This document shows positions 21,672-35,141 of a stretch of 64,000 nucleotides of DNA, one piece after another. The notes under the pieces are model-generated. The model searched no databases. It was not told the DNA's origin and worked only from the letters and a program-made list of their open reading frames with translations. Positions within the stretch are counted from its first letter, which is position 1. Each line of letters opens with the position of its first letter. The translations under genes and the position numbers were made by a program. This DNA comes from Geosiphon pyriformis uo1 (lineage: Eukaryota > Fungi > Glomeromycota). The stretch covers positions 376,373 to 440,372 of the forward strand of contig JAAOMT010000003.1 in assembly GCA_016748015.1 (NCBI GenBank). The letters run 5' to 3'.

Positions 21672-24597
21672 CTAGTAACCAAGTATGAAATGCATAATTA
21701 AATAACCAATGGTCATAATGACCAACATTACGAGCAGTGATGCAGGCACACCAGTTTTCAGAAAGTCTTGGGTGGAAAGATATCGGACACCCATCTCATC
21801 CTCCATCATAATCGCATTCATATTTGGAAAGCCGGAAACAGGTAAACCCATAGCCCCGGAGCACATAAATGCTGATGACTAAATAGGTGAGAAATAAATA
21901 GATAAATAAATAAACAATCAATCAACCCATCTATCTGTCATCAAAAGCATTAAAATTTATGATTGTAAAAATGTGAAATAACTGAAAAATGGAAATCAAG
22001 ATTTTTTTTGGCCACTTACCAACACAAGCAAATTACGATATGATACTTCACCATGGCCTATACTATCTCCCACTTGAGATACAATAGGCAGAATTATCAA
22101 AGCACCAACCGTGTGGCTGATAAAAGTAGCCACTACAAGCACCAACCAACAAAAAGCCAGCATCACTTCCCATGGGGATAGCTCTTGAACCATATCTTTG
22201 ATCTGATGAGCAATAGTAGCAAGAAGTCCAGAGCTATACACTGCTTTGCCCAACGCTATCCCTCCCATCGCTAATATAATTACAGTCCATAAAAAATTGT
22301 TGAAATCTTCTTTGGTGAGAATGCCAGTTCCAAAGAACAACACCAAAGGTAATATAGCAATGATCCCCATATCTCCAAAAAAGGACTCTAGTTGTTTTTC
22401 GATACACCACAATATAATGGTCCCAACTGTGACACAACAAACGAATATCTGTGCATTAGTCCATGGATCTTTTGAAGCTCGAATTGGATGGATGGTGAGA
22501 GAAGTTTTGGAAGGCTGATAATTCCAAAGAAGTAAAAGCCAAATCAAGATGTCGGCAATAACACATAATGGAATAGAAACGATAAACCATTCAATCCAAG
22601 ATGGTTCAGGTTTCATATTTTGAATGGCTATAATGTTCTGTGGCGAAGATATTGGAGAAGTCATACCACCAACGTTCGACGCAAGAGCAATGCCCAAGAT
22701 CAGGCATCGACCAAATGAGCTATTTGGCGGTAGATTACGAAGAATCGGCTGATGAACGGCAATGTAAAATTATTTTCAACCACATTACCTTAATCATATA
22801 GTGCAAAACAAAAACGTTATATAAGAGCCATCACCTGAATTAATGAAAGACAAAGAACAGGAGCTGCAACATTACTAATCCACATGCTTGCGACCGTTGC
22901 TACCAACATGTTTGCCAATAAAACCCAGCTAGGTTTCGTCCCCGCTTTTGAAAGGACGAAAGTGGCCATCATTTTTGCAATATGGTATTTGCTCAAAGCA
23001 GCTGCTATCGCAAATCCTCCTAAAAGTAACATAACGACTGGTGAAAACATGGCGGCGAAGATGGCTTTGGTCGCTTCGTTTGCACTAAGTCGCGTGAATT
23101 GCCCATCATCTGAGCGCATTACGCGTAAAGAAACGACCAAAAAAGGAACAAGGAGCGAAGTTACAAAGAGTGGTATAACCTTGAATTTATGATAAATATC
23201 CGGATAAATCGTAAGAAATTGAAATTGTAAATGTCAATATAAAATGAGAATATCAAGTTAAAAAGTACCTCAGTTGCCCAGAGTAAACTCGCAAGTACTA
23301 AAAGGGCGAAGCAATTTCCGACTTCGATATCGCGGAAAATTCTGGCTTCTAGAAGAATTACAAAAATTCCAATACAAGTCGCCAAAATAAAAGCAGTTTT
23401 CGAATATTCAGCGGATACATTGACTTTCCCAAAAGGCGTTCTGATTTTTGAAACTTGAACTTCTCCCTCTCCCACATCACGAGCTTTGAAACCAACCCCA
23501 TAAGACCTTCTTTCCAAACCAATAATATCCCGCCATATGGTGTTACGCTCCCATACAATAAACTCTCTTAGATGAGTTTTCAGTTGTTTCACAGCAGCTT
23601 TGATATCATTATAAGTGCAAAGTTTAGCATAAATTTCTTCAATTTCTTTAAGATGTTCATCGAGTGTCTGACGAACAGGTTTTTTGAAAGGATAGCCTTC
23701 GCCTACCATGTTGGTCATATAAGATGATTTGAGTTGGCGACTATTGGTTATTTTGTCGTATTTTTTAAGAATCTTACTGAAACCAGTATAATTTAAATTA
23801 ACAAAAGATTTCAATTCTGAAAGCCAAACATAAAGTTCAATACTGCGCTTCTTGAAACGAATTCGCTCTTCTTCAATCACAGGATGAGTCCAAAAGTAAG
23901 TATTTCGACGATCCGACTCAAGATTCTCGGGTGCATGTGCTGCCATTAGTGAACTTCTGTCTTCAATCACTGGAGAGCTTGTTCCAAGTTGGTGCTCTTC
24001 ATCATCACTACTGAGGAAGGAAGCAGCTCCTTCAGAGCCGGATCTGAGGATTCCCGGCCTTCTCAATTGTTGATGAAATGAGTCTATCGTATCAAATGAA
24101 TGACTATACCGATGTGATGGAATATTGACGGGCAGTGTGCCTTCCAGACTTTCAACATAGTTAACATCAGAAATTAGGGTCTTCACTTCCTCAAAAAACT
24201 CATTTTCTTTCCCAACATAGAATTTGGTGATTTTATCAAGCTCCTTGTCAAGGGCAGGAATGAAGACAGTATTTGCGCGCGATTTTGCATCAAGTAGAAA
24301 TGTTTCCTCGTTGCCATTGCTGGATCCCTCAATGTCCCCTTGACCATTCAAAGACACTGAAACAATGTCCTTTTCAATTTGATAAATCAATTTTTTTAGA
24401 TAGGAATAACTGTGTGTCGGCAAAGAAATCAATCATGCTAAGGAAATAATTAGATTCTGGATTGAAAGTATCTCGAGTTTTAAGAAACGATCATAGCGTA
24501 AATCATACCCATCTTTATATTAGGTAAAAGGATACCCAAGATAGTGCTCAGCCCAGTCTGGGACCGAGTTGAATTGAATAGAGTGAGAAAACTTCAT
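21672..24597 (-). CDS. PHO91: SPX-domain low-affinity phosphate transporter (Pho87/Pho90/Pho91, DASS/CitMHS family), 5 exons
   Basis: ATG 24597: MKFSHSIQFNSVPDWAEHYLGYSYLKK (SPX). Also LNYTGFSKILKKYDK, VWERNTIWRD, MWISNVAAPVL, GIALASNVGGMTSPISSPQN and LPVSGFPNM; stop at 21672. The exact paralogue (PHO87/90/91) cannot be resolved. Confidence 0.92.
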
Positions 24598-24859
24598 AAT
24601 GCAAGTCCAATTCCAATCAAAACCAAGATAGAATGACAAAAAGAAACTATTTAATTGAACCTCAAGTAAAGTGGATCTTTTTTCAAAGCTTCGAAATCGA
24701 AGGTTCTGAGAAGCTCTAGATAGAGGCTAGTGTTGAAAGAAACTTGTGAAAAATCGCGTTTCTGACTCAAATAAATTTTTTAGTTTGGATTAGGATCATC
24801 TGGTTCAAGCGATAAGAAATCCCCCAAGTTTGATTGACCAATCAAATCAAATTTCTTGT

Positions 24860-24868
24860 GCACGTTTT
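24860..24868 (-). promoter_or_regulatory. Possible Pho4/bHLH E-box (GCACGTTTT on the + strand) upstream of the phosphate transporter
   Basis: CACGTT core about 265 bp upstream of the ATG, next to the palindrome TGATTGACCAATCA (24831-24844). Motif match only. Confidence 0.3.
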
Positions 24869-25601
24869 ACCCATTTTATTTTCGCTTAGTAACGAATTGA
24901 AATGCAAAAAACCACAAATGGCTAAAACTTGCTTTACCCCCAATAATGTGGAAAATCTTCCAAAAAGTGGAGCGAAATTTAAAATTTAAATTATTTATTT
25001 CCAACTGGAATATAAAGTGTATAATTTTAAATCAAAATCTTATTATGCTATTTTTCATTAATTTTAATGTGGTTTAAAAAATAAATTACCAAATTTTATT
25101 ATAAATAATTAATTAAGAATTATTTAAATAATGTTCATATTATTGTTTTTTTGTGAATATATTTTTATATCTTATGTATTATTGTAAAAAAAATAACAAT
25201 ATTATTTTTGTTAAAATATTTTCTAAATTTATTTATTTATTAATATTTTAACTAAATATAATTTTTTTATTAATCAAACTAGTTAAATTAAACATAAATT
25301 AAACATTTTTATCATATAACCAACTATTTAAATTTAAGTTTAAATTAAAAACATTTAATACTTTAATCTTATTAAAATAGTTGGCAAATTTTTGTTTATT
25401 TTTTAGTTATATTTTAATACCAAAATTTTTAAAATTATTAATTTTTACAAAATAAGTTTTATATATCTTTTTTTTATTATTATGCTTTATAAGTGAGGTT
25501 CAAATACTGCCTAAAACTATACATCAAAAAAATGATCTAAACTAGGTGTGAATCATGTACTTTTTATATACAATCAGTTACTCAGACCAATTAAAACAAT
25601 A

Positions 25602-28600
25602 CTATTCAGTTATATGAACCAAAACAGAATTACCAACATCTGAAAAAAATAAACAAGGTCTACAAAAACCAAAGCAAACACTAAATGTTTTAGTGATGCC
25701 AAGTAATCTAACCACACCAGCTAACAATTTTGAAGCCAAACCAGAAACCAAAATAAGAGACAACTCATCTAAAAGGATTAGGCTATTTTTTTCTATGTAA
25801 GCACAATACTTAGCATAAACCAACCATATATCATCTCTAAAAGTAATACAGAAAGAATGCACAAACTCAACAATCCTTACACTAGCAACCTTGGAATTAT
25901 GGAAGACAAAAATAGTCTTACAAAGCCAATTATTAAAAACAAAATGCTTGAAAAGAGCCGTGAAGACAGAGGCATTAAAAACACAGGATAACAATAGTTG
26001 TAACACATATGATGAAGAATAAAAAAGGCCAGAAAGAGTCTTCCAAGAATTCACAAAAGTATTCAATATTTGAAGATGAGTAAGACCATTAATGTCATAA
26101 GAGAAGACATAATCTAATACTTCTACAGAATTACAATACAAATACAATACATTTGGATAATATCAGTTATAAAGTTGCTTCTAAATAGCAACAGGCAGCT
26201 GATAATGCAAAGCTTTTATAAAATAAATACATGCAGAAGTTGAAAGTCTGTCAGTAAAACCAGTGGCCATGTGCAAATCAGAGTGCCATACCAACAATGA
26301 GCTGAACCAATCAATGTCAGAACACAGATTATTCTCCAAAAATGTACAATCAGAACCAATCTCCCAGCAAGCACAACAAACAGAACAAAAAACATCACAA
26401 ACAAAGTGTTTAGAGTTGCCAGAAACCACACAACTATTAGCTACCAAAAAGCATTTATCTAAATGGAGGGGAAGGTACCAACCAGAGAGAAAAACAGTAT
26501 CAGCAAGCATATCAGCATGCTTATTTCCCAAAACACCAAAGTGGCCTTTTACCTTAAACCAGAAAACCCTCAGATTTTTACTGTAAACAACATTAACAAT
26601 ATGTTGACATTCAACTCAACACTGATTGTGAAAGTCTGGAAACACCAAATCCAGTTCTAACTTACAAACATTCAAAGCAAATTGACTATCTGAAAACAAA
26701 CAAACAGAGCTAAAAAAGGAAATATATTTTAAGACTAATATAATAGCTTGTATTTCTGCCAAGATAGAAGACATCAAACCTAAAACACCCACACCTAAAC
26801 CTAAACCAATGTCTTTAAAAAAACTGCAGCACTAGCTCTCTTGTTAACTGTACCCAGGTTCTTTAGAGAACCATCTGTATACACCAAAAAACTGCCAAAA
26901 GCAACCTAAGAAAGCTGACCACAAACAGAGCCAAAGCTGCAAAACTTAAGAATATTCATAAAACCAATGCCATTCAAAACAGCAGGATGTGTATGAGAAG
27001 AAGTCTCACTAATAAGAAATGCAGTAGAAAGCTTAAACTATTCAGGAGAAGGGCCATGGGAGTTCAATCTCTTCTACTATTTAAAAGTGTACTAATCATA
27101 AACAGCACTATAATGTTCATGAAATTGATTTACAAAAGCAACATCATACCTCTGGAAAGACAGAAAACACTTGAAAAATTTTGATTCACTAAGAGCAACA
27201 GATATGAACACTTTATCACAAAAACAAAAAAAACTGATAAAAGAGCCACCCAAAGACAAATTGCACTTTAGAAGAATCTAAACCATGCCAACTAGAAAGT
27301 TATCAAAAAAATTAACCCAAATACGAACAGGAAAACTCAAAAAATGAACAGAATGCCAACACAAAACTTACAAGTTATGAGATTTGTGAGCAAAAAATGA
27401 TCCAAAATTCCATTAAAATTTACAAAACTAACAAAAAAAGCCACTTTACTCTCAGACTGAAGTTGGACAAAAAATTTCAAACCATAAAATAAAAAGTGGT
27501 AGATTGTATTACCAGAAAAGTCTATAAGAAAATCTGATTTGGATTTTAGGTCTTTATAAATTAAGGCATTTTACTTGTTACATATATTAACTGAAACAAA
27601 ACTAAATTGTGTTCTATAGTTAACAATAGGATGAAAAACAGCTAACACCAAATACAAGAACTGCTTATCCAAAATAGTTTTTTTTAGAACCATGTTAACA
27701 AAAAAGCAAATGTCTAAATATGTCTTAGCCAAGCTAGGTTTCAAGAAACCATCCATTGAGAAAAAAATACCCAAGTATTGATGAGATTTCCTCTTTTTAG
27801 CAATAGAAATGAGCAGTCTACTAATAAACAAAGAAGGTGTATCAACTTTGCAATTGATAGGAATGGCCACTGTTTTGTTATTGTTAATGACAATGTCATT
27901 AATTTGAAAAAATTCACTAGCAATGTTGAGAATATGTTAAGTACAGTCTGACTGCTACCAACTCAAATCATATTATTAACAAAGGCACCAGCAGCAAAAA
28001 AAAAAAAGCCCAGCCCGAAACTTAGCACAACCACTTCCAGAAATAAAATAAGAATCCAATTTGTATCCATACACACTCTTTTGTCTTTTGACTTTACACA
28101 AAAAAAAATCGTAAAATATATGCCACAAGAGAAGAGAAAAGATTTTTTTCTGATCTAAACTATCATGAACATGATAACCACTTGTCAAACCAAAATCAGT
28201 CATAACCTTATTGGTATGACCTCTATAAATATGACCAAAAAATCAAATAAATTTACTATACATCTTGATCCTAACCAAACTTTTCTTAAGATGTTTCCAG
28301 CCAACTGAATCATATGCTTTTTGCATGTCTTACAAAACCAGCCAGAGCTTCTGGTTTTTCTCCAAAGCATTCTTGACTACTAAACCAACTGCAAAAATAG
28401 AAAACTGAATTGTTATACCTTTTAAAACCGAAAAATTATCCTTACAAAGAATGTTAAAAGTGTTGTAAGCCAATAAAATTCTATCAGAGAGAATTTTGGA
28501 TAGGATCTTGCAAGCTGTCTCAATCAAAGCAATAGGCTATGTGTTTGTCAGAACATCCTCTCACTCATATGGTTTGGGAATTATCAAGACCCAAGCTTCT

Positions 28601-30270
28601 TTCCAAAAACTGAGTACTGATTCATTAAAAAGACAAGAATTTAAGAACACCAAAAGCATATCCAGGATAAATCTGCCATAATGTTTCTAAAGCTCATTTG
28701 AAATACCTGAGAGACCAGCAGCTTTGTCATCAAGCAGATTGGAAATCACACCAAAAAGTTTATCATATTCAACTGAACACATCACACCAGAAAAAGCTTT
28801 ATCAAAAACATACTTCAAAGATTAATATTGATAAGACCATACATTAAGAATATTAGTAACCATATCACATTTCTTAGTCCAACTTTTCACTTTAGATTTA
28901 ACTGCATCAGACTCCAAAATCAGTTTATTATTAACAATCAGATGGTCCAGCACCACCTTGTGAAAGAGATGCTCCAACACACTTCTGATAGTATGACTCT
29001 TATTTATCATAAAGCTTTCCATCTTTTTATCTATAGCAGACTTAATGTTTGTTTCATTAACTCTCAGAGATTTAGCAAGCTTGAATACATAATAAAACTT
29101 TTTAATATCATAAAGAACAGAATGAACATGATCAAAGCTCACACCAGCATTCACAAGATTCTAAATAATTAAAGATTTAGCATTGTCCAAAGAGTTCCAA
29201 TGCTTCATAAGGAGGACAAAATTAACAATACTCTCCTTATGAGAAGCCTTAACAATCTTTGAAACCAAAAGCTCTAGCTTATGAAATCTCGAAAAATTTT
29301 TGGTGAAAACACCATCAAAACTCTTGAACCATTTTTTTTTAAAAATTTCACCAGCCAAAAAAGTCATTATTTTGCAGATAATATCTCACATTATGTCTAG
29401 ATCTGAGAATTTTACAGCAGTAGCAAACTCAACAGAGAATATTGCAGCATTGGCCAATGTGGCCTTCTTAAAATTGCTCTACTTATCCTCATTAGCACTC
29501 CTGAAATCAAACTTCCAACAATTTTTGTTTGCTTGTTTGTGAATAAAGTTCAATTGCATATCCAAAAGTCCATCCAAACTCACAGACACAGAAACAGTTT
29601 GGTAATCCATGTCAAAATGCTCATTGACTTCTGAAACATTACACTATATTATAGCATTGACCAGATTAAGAGAAACAAATACATAATTAATTGTCTTCAT
29701 GGTGCCTCTTGAATTTTCTCAAGTAGGCTTTTTCACAGCCAAGCTACCTACCAAAGAATTAACCAGCTCCAAATCAAAGCATTTTTGAAAACTTGCACAT
29801 TTATGAGAATTATCTTCATTGAAATTACCACCAAGGATGACAAAAAATAATTCATTAACAGTCTTTGCAATAAGAAAATTAATATCACCAATTAGAGAAA
29901 ACCAAACCACAGAAAAAGCACCAGCATAAAGCCCCAAAATTAAAACAGAAAGTTTATTTTTAAAGAATAGTCTAACAAAGAGGATTTGACCAGGCACCTC
30001 AGAAATTTTACATACATGATGGGCCAGAGAAATGTCTATAATAATGGCAACACCAGAATTCAAATAACCAGAGTTCACACTAAAAGTAAAGACACGGATA
30101 TCATTAAACTTATCAACAATTTATGAACAAATCTTATTTCTTAACTTAGTTTCAGTAATAATCGAAATCGAAATCAAATTGCCTATATCCTTGTGCCAAC
30201 AAGCAATATCTTTCTGCTTTGCAGAATTGTTCATACTCTAAGCATTGCATATAGCAATTTTCCAAACCAA
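25602..30270 (-). pseudogene. LINE ORF2 (endonuclease-RT-RNase H), many stops and frameshifts
   Basis: Fragment ORFs from 29719-30078 down to 25602-26147 carry the domain motifs in the expected order. Confidence 0.85.
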
Positions 30271-30275
30271 ACTGA

Positions 30276-32128
30276 TTATTGAGATGAAAAAAAAACTGAT
30301 AAACCCAAACCAGAACACAAATGATTCAATCTTTTCAAAACCAAACTAACTAATGTCTCTAAAGCCACTATTTTTGACTTCAATCCACCCATCTTAGTGG
30401 TCACAATCTTAGAACTACTAGAGCTGAAATCAGCAACCACATTAAAACCAACTGAAAGTAGAAAAGTAGACAACACTAACACTTTATCCAAAACCATATT
30501 TGAATCCAAAACAGGAGCCAAAGAAACAGAGACAACTGTAGAGAGAGCATGAGAGGATGTAGCCAAGGACACTAACTCCATAGAACCCAATTTCTTCACA
30601 AGAGCAGAAACCCAATCTGTCAAAAGTCCAAAGAGCATTCTAAAACCACCAAATGATCACTTATGCCAGAAGTATTAACAGAAGTGGGAGAAAGAGTACC
30701 ACCCAAACTCGAAACATTAAGAAAAAAGAAACTAGAACCAGACTTAAAGTGAGCACCACCAAAAGAATCAGCTAGCAAGACCACTTGGGCCCAAGATTTG
30801 CCATTAAAAACAGCAGAATGAAAGATTGGAACATGTTTTTTCTTATACAACTTAGCAAGCTGAAAGCAAACATTCTTTAAAGCAATCTTTTTATATAATT
30901 TCTTAGATAATAACAGCACAAATACATCTAAAATATCACACTCAAGAGCTAAATGCCCAAAATACCCATACTTTTTACAACAAACCAAATTCATTCTAGT
31001 CCAAAACAGTTTTACTTCACCAAAAATAGGCTCTATGTAAAAAGCAGATTTCAAATCATCATCAAAGTCAAAACCAACCATAGCACAGTAAATCTTATTA
31101 CCAGTTTTTATAGATCTGTTTATGATACAAGTTTTTTTACCAGCCCTTTCTAAAAGAGTCTTAAAATCATGTGCTATTGTTTTTACTGGCAAAGTAAACA
31201 AAAGCACTCTGAACCAATCTCTCAATGCCCAAATTTCATGATCTCTCACAGCTTTGGCTATGTGCACAAAATCTTTTTCAATCAGAAATGACCACTTTGA
31301 GGCCAACAGATTAGCTTGATCTAATTCAGTAAACTCCATTATAGCTTTTTGCCACATTCCAATTAATTGAATTTTGATTGACTTAATTTCTCCAAATTCA
31401 GATACTGCAGCAATAATCATATATTTAGGTGTATTTATAGAAATTTCTTTGATTATTACAGCCTGATCTGACCTTATTCCTTGTCTTTTAAGATCACTGT
31501 TTACATTAATCCCTTTTTCTCTGGCCAATAATGTGGCTATTTTCATGCTCTTTTTTGAAGTAAAAATAGATTTGATAATCTCTTCAAATTTTGAAGAGAT
31601 AGTGGCCCCCCCAAAACCATTGATTGATGAAAAAATTTTTCTAACCAACTGAGTTTTTGCCATTGCCAATTTCTCTTTTATAGCTAAGAAATCAATATCT
31701 AAAGCAAATAATTTTTTGATCGACATTTCCATTGAAGTTTTGATGATTTTAGGGTCAATCCACTTTTTGTTAAGAGAGATGGGCAAGTGAAGAGGGAGAA
31801 CAACTTTATTATCATCTATACTAAAATTAGAAAAATGGAGTGGAGAGCCAAAAACAGCACCAGTATTAACTCATTTTGCCTTGGATGTGGTGGCAGCTGA
31901 GCCCAGAAGAGACCCACTATTTGCACCAGACATGCTAACATCTTCATCATCACCAGATAGACTTTTTACATCAGAATATACATTATCACCAGACCCAGAT
32001 TTACTTAAGGAGATATCTCTTTCATCATCAGAGTGTTTAATATTTCCAAGAATGACTTTCTTCTTCTGAAAAAAAAAACCACTAGTAAAGCCATAAAAAA
32101 CACCCTTGGGTGCCTTTTTTTTAGACAT
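30276..32128 (-). pseudogene. LINE ORF1 (RRM-like region and degenerate CCHC knuckle)
   Basis: MSKKKAPKG start; IIAAVSEFGEIKSIKIQ and RVLLFTLPV RRM-like segments; CCKKYGYFGHLALEC knuckle. Confidence 0.8.
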
Positions 32129-32415
32129 AATGCTATTTGTAAAAGCCTCCAAATTCACGAAAAATAGGTTATTATTAAGTAAAGAAATATTAATATAAAC
32201 TAACAAAAAAAATAAAAAACTTCTTTTTTAGAAAATATGCTTTTTAAGAATTTTTGGAAGTAAGAGAGAAAGAAGTTTTTTGTATTTATCTTTTTTTAAA
32301 TTAATTAAAATTTTTAAGTATTTTAATAAATAAATTAACTATATAAAAAAATTTTTTTATCCAAAAAGTTTTTTTGTTTTTTTTGTTATATTTTTTATAA
32401 TTTTTTAAAATACAA

Positions 32416-35141
32416 ACTTTTTTTTATTTTTTTATTATGCTTAATGAGTGAGATCCAAACATAACCTAGTGCTATACATCAAAGAAATGATCTAAACTAA
32501 GTGTGAATCATGCATTTTCCACACATGACCAGCCACTTGGGCCAATCAGAACAACACTACACAGCTATATGAACAGAAATTGGGTCACTTACACCAGAAA
32601 AAAACAAACAAGACTTGTGAAAACCAAAGCAAACACCAACAGCATTAGTTATACCAAGTAATTTAACCACACCAGCAGAAAACCTCGAAACCAAACCAGG
32701 AATCGAGATGACAGCTGAACCATCAATTGGAATCAACTCATTTTTCTCTATGTAAGCATAATGCTTAGCACAAATTGATCAAACACCAGTTCTGAATACA
32801 AGACCAAAAGAATGCACAAATTTGACAATCTCCAAACTGGCAACCTTGAAATCATGGAAGACAGAAACAGCCTTACAAAACCAACCATTAAAAACAAAAC
32901 CTTTATGAAGAGCTGTGAACACAGAAAAATCAGAAATACAGGATGACAACAGCTGCAATATGTCCAAAGAAGAATGAAAGAGACCAGAAACCACCTTCCA
33001 GGAATTCACATGAGACTCCAACAAATGATGCCAAGCAGATTCATCAATCTTACAAGAAAACACATGATCTGATACCTCCACTTTACCACAATATAAGCAT
33101 AACACACTAGGATACAGCCTATTATAAAGACACTTCTGAACAGCAACCAGTAGCCAGTGATACAAAGCTTTTATGAAATATGTGCATGCATTAGCTGAGA
33201 GTTTGCTGGTAAAACTGGTAGCCATGTTCAAGTTAGGATGCCACACCAATGATGAGTGACACTAATCAATCTCTGATAGCAAACTGCTAGCCAAAAACTT
33301 AGAACCAGAACCAACCTTCTAGCATGCACAGCAAACCAAACAATAAATGTTATGGACAAAATGTCTAGAATTGCCAAAAACAATACTACTATTAGCAATT
33401 AAGAAGTGTTCATCCAGGCAAGAAAGAAGATACCAATCAGAGAGAGAAGCAGCACCAATAAGTGCGTCAGTGCACTCATTTTCTGAAATGCCAGAGTGAT
33501 CTTTTACCTTATGCCAGCTAACCCTCAAATTCTTACTATGAATAACATTGATTATATAATAACACTTGACCCAACATTGATTACAAAAGTCAGAACACGC
33601 CAATCTCAATTCTGATTTACAAGTATCTAAAGCAGATTGACTATCTGAAAACAGTTGAACAAAGCTCGATGAGAAAACAAACTCCAGAGCCAGTACAATA
33701 GCCTGCAATTCTACCAACATAGACAACATCAAACCTAACACATTAATTTCCAAACCCAAACCAATGTCTTCAAAATAAGTGGCAGCACCAGCTTTATAGC
33801 TGGCTGTGCTCAGATTACTAAGAGACCTATCCGTGTATACAGACAAGCTACTAGTACCAGCCTGTGAAAGATGATCACAAACAGACATGAAATTACTAGA
33901 TTCAAGAATGTTCAAAAATCCAACACCATGTAATACTGAGAGGGGAGCAGAAGAAAAACTCATACTATTGAGAAATACAACAGAAAACTTGAACTACTCA
34001 GGAATGGGACCATGGGGGTCTAATCTTTTTCAATGCTTAAAAGTATATCAATTAAATACAGCACCATAATGATCACGAAGTTGGTTAATAAAGACAATAC
34101 TATGCTGCCAAAGAAAAGGAAAAAACCTGAGAAACTTTGACTTGCTTAAAACAGCAGACATTGGAACTCCACTATGGAATTGAAAGGGAGTGGCCAAAAA
34201 GCCACCCAGAGATAAATTGCAATCAAGAAGAACATGAACCATGCCTGCCAAGAAATTATTAAAAGCACTGACACGAATATGGATAGGAAAACTCAGTAGA
34301 TGGACAGGATTCTAACACAAAACTTGCAGGTTATGGGACCTGTAAGAAAACAAGTGACCCACAATACCACCAGAGTTTGCAAAACTAACAAGGGAGGCAA
34401 CTTTACTTTCAGACTGAACTTGGAAGAAAGGTTTCAAACCATAAAAAGAAGAATTGTGAATTGTATTACTGGGAAAATTGAGTGGTAGACTGGATTTAAG
34501 CTTCAAGCTTTTGCGAATAAGAGCATCCTATTTGTTGCACACTTCAACAGGAACAAAGCTAAACTGTATTCTATAGCTAACAATAAGATGGAGAACCACC
34601 AACACCAGATACAAGAGCTGTTTATCTAAAACAGTCTTCTGTAGAACCAGATTGGTAAAAAAACAAATATCCAAATTCATCTTAGCCAAACTAGACTTCG
34701 AGAAACTCTCAATTGAAAAAAAAACACTTAAATACTGATGAAGTTCACTCTTTTTGGTGATAGATATTGGTGAGCCATTAATAAACAGAGAAGGATTGCC
34801 AACTCTGCTATTGATGAGAATGACCACTGTTTTGTCATTATTAATAGAAACATTATTTATCTGAAAAAATTCACCAACAACATCAAGAATGTGTTGAGTG
34901 GCATTCTGACTGCTACCAATCCAAATAGTATCATCAACAAAAGTGCCAGCAGCAAAGAAAGAAGAAAGTTCAGCCTGAAATTTGGTGTTCTCATTTTTGG
35001 AAATAAAATGAAAATTCAATCTATACTCACATAGACTCTCCTGACACTTGACTTCACATAACAGCAGATCATAAAATATGTGCTACAGAAGGGGAGAAAA
35101 TACCTCTTCCTGGTCCAAACTATCATGTACCTGATAACTAT
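32416..35141 (-). mobile_element. Second LINE, 3' half (RT C-part, RNase H, zinc finger), interrupted at 35141 by LTR-2
   Basis: FAAGTFVDDTIWIGSS, VYTDRSL, WHKVKDHSGISENECTDAL and CLYCGKVEVSDHVFSC; 3'UTR at 32447-32560. RT coding (YQVHDSLDQ) breaks off at the LTR-2 terminus. Confidence 0.9.

Larger units (their letters stand above)
25470..32400 (-). mobile_element. Near full-length decayed LINE (ORF1 plus APE-RT-RNase H-CCHC ORF2)
   Basis: ORF1 about 32128-30276. ORF2 about 30270-25602 with APE (WKIAICN, TETKL, ILGGNFN), RT (DMQKAYDSVGW, AFVNN from FVDD), RNase H (VYTDGSL) and a C-terminal zinc finger. 3'UTR and A-tail at about 25470-25600. The 5' boundary is approximate. Confidence 0.9.

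Noticed and set aside
22246-23192. Antisense ORFs over the transporter, and many similar short ORFs over TE coding regions
   Set aside because: Shadow ORFs of real coding frames with no independent motifs.
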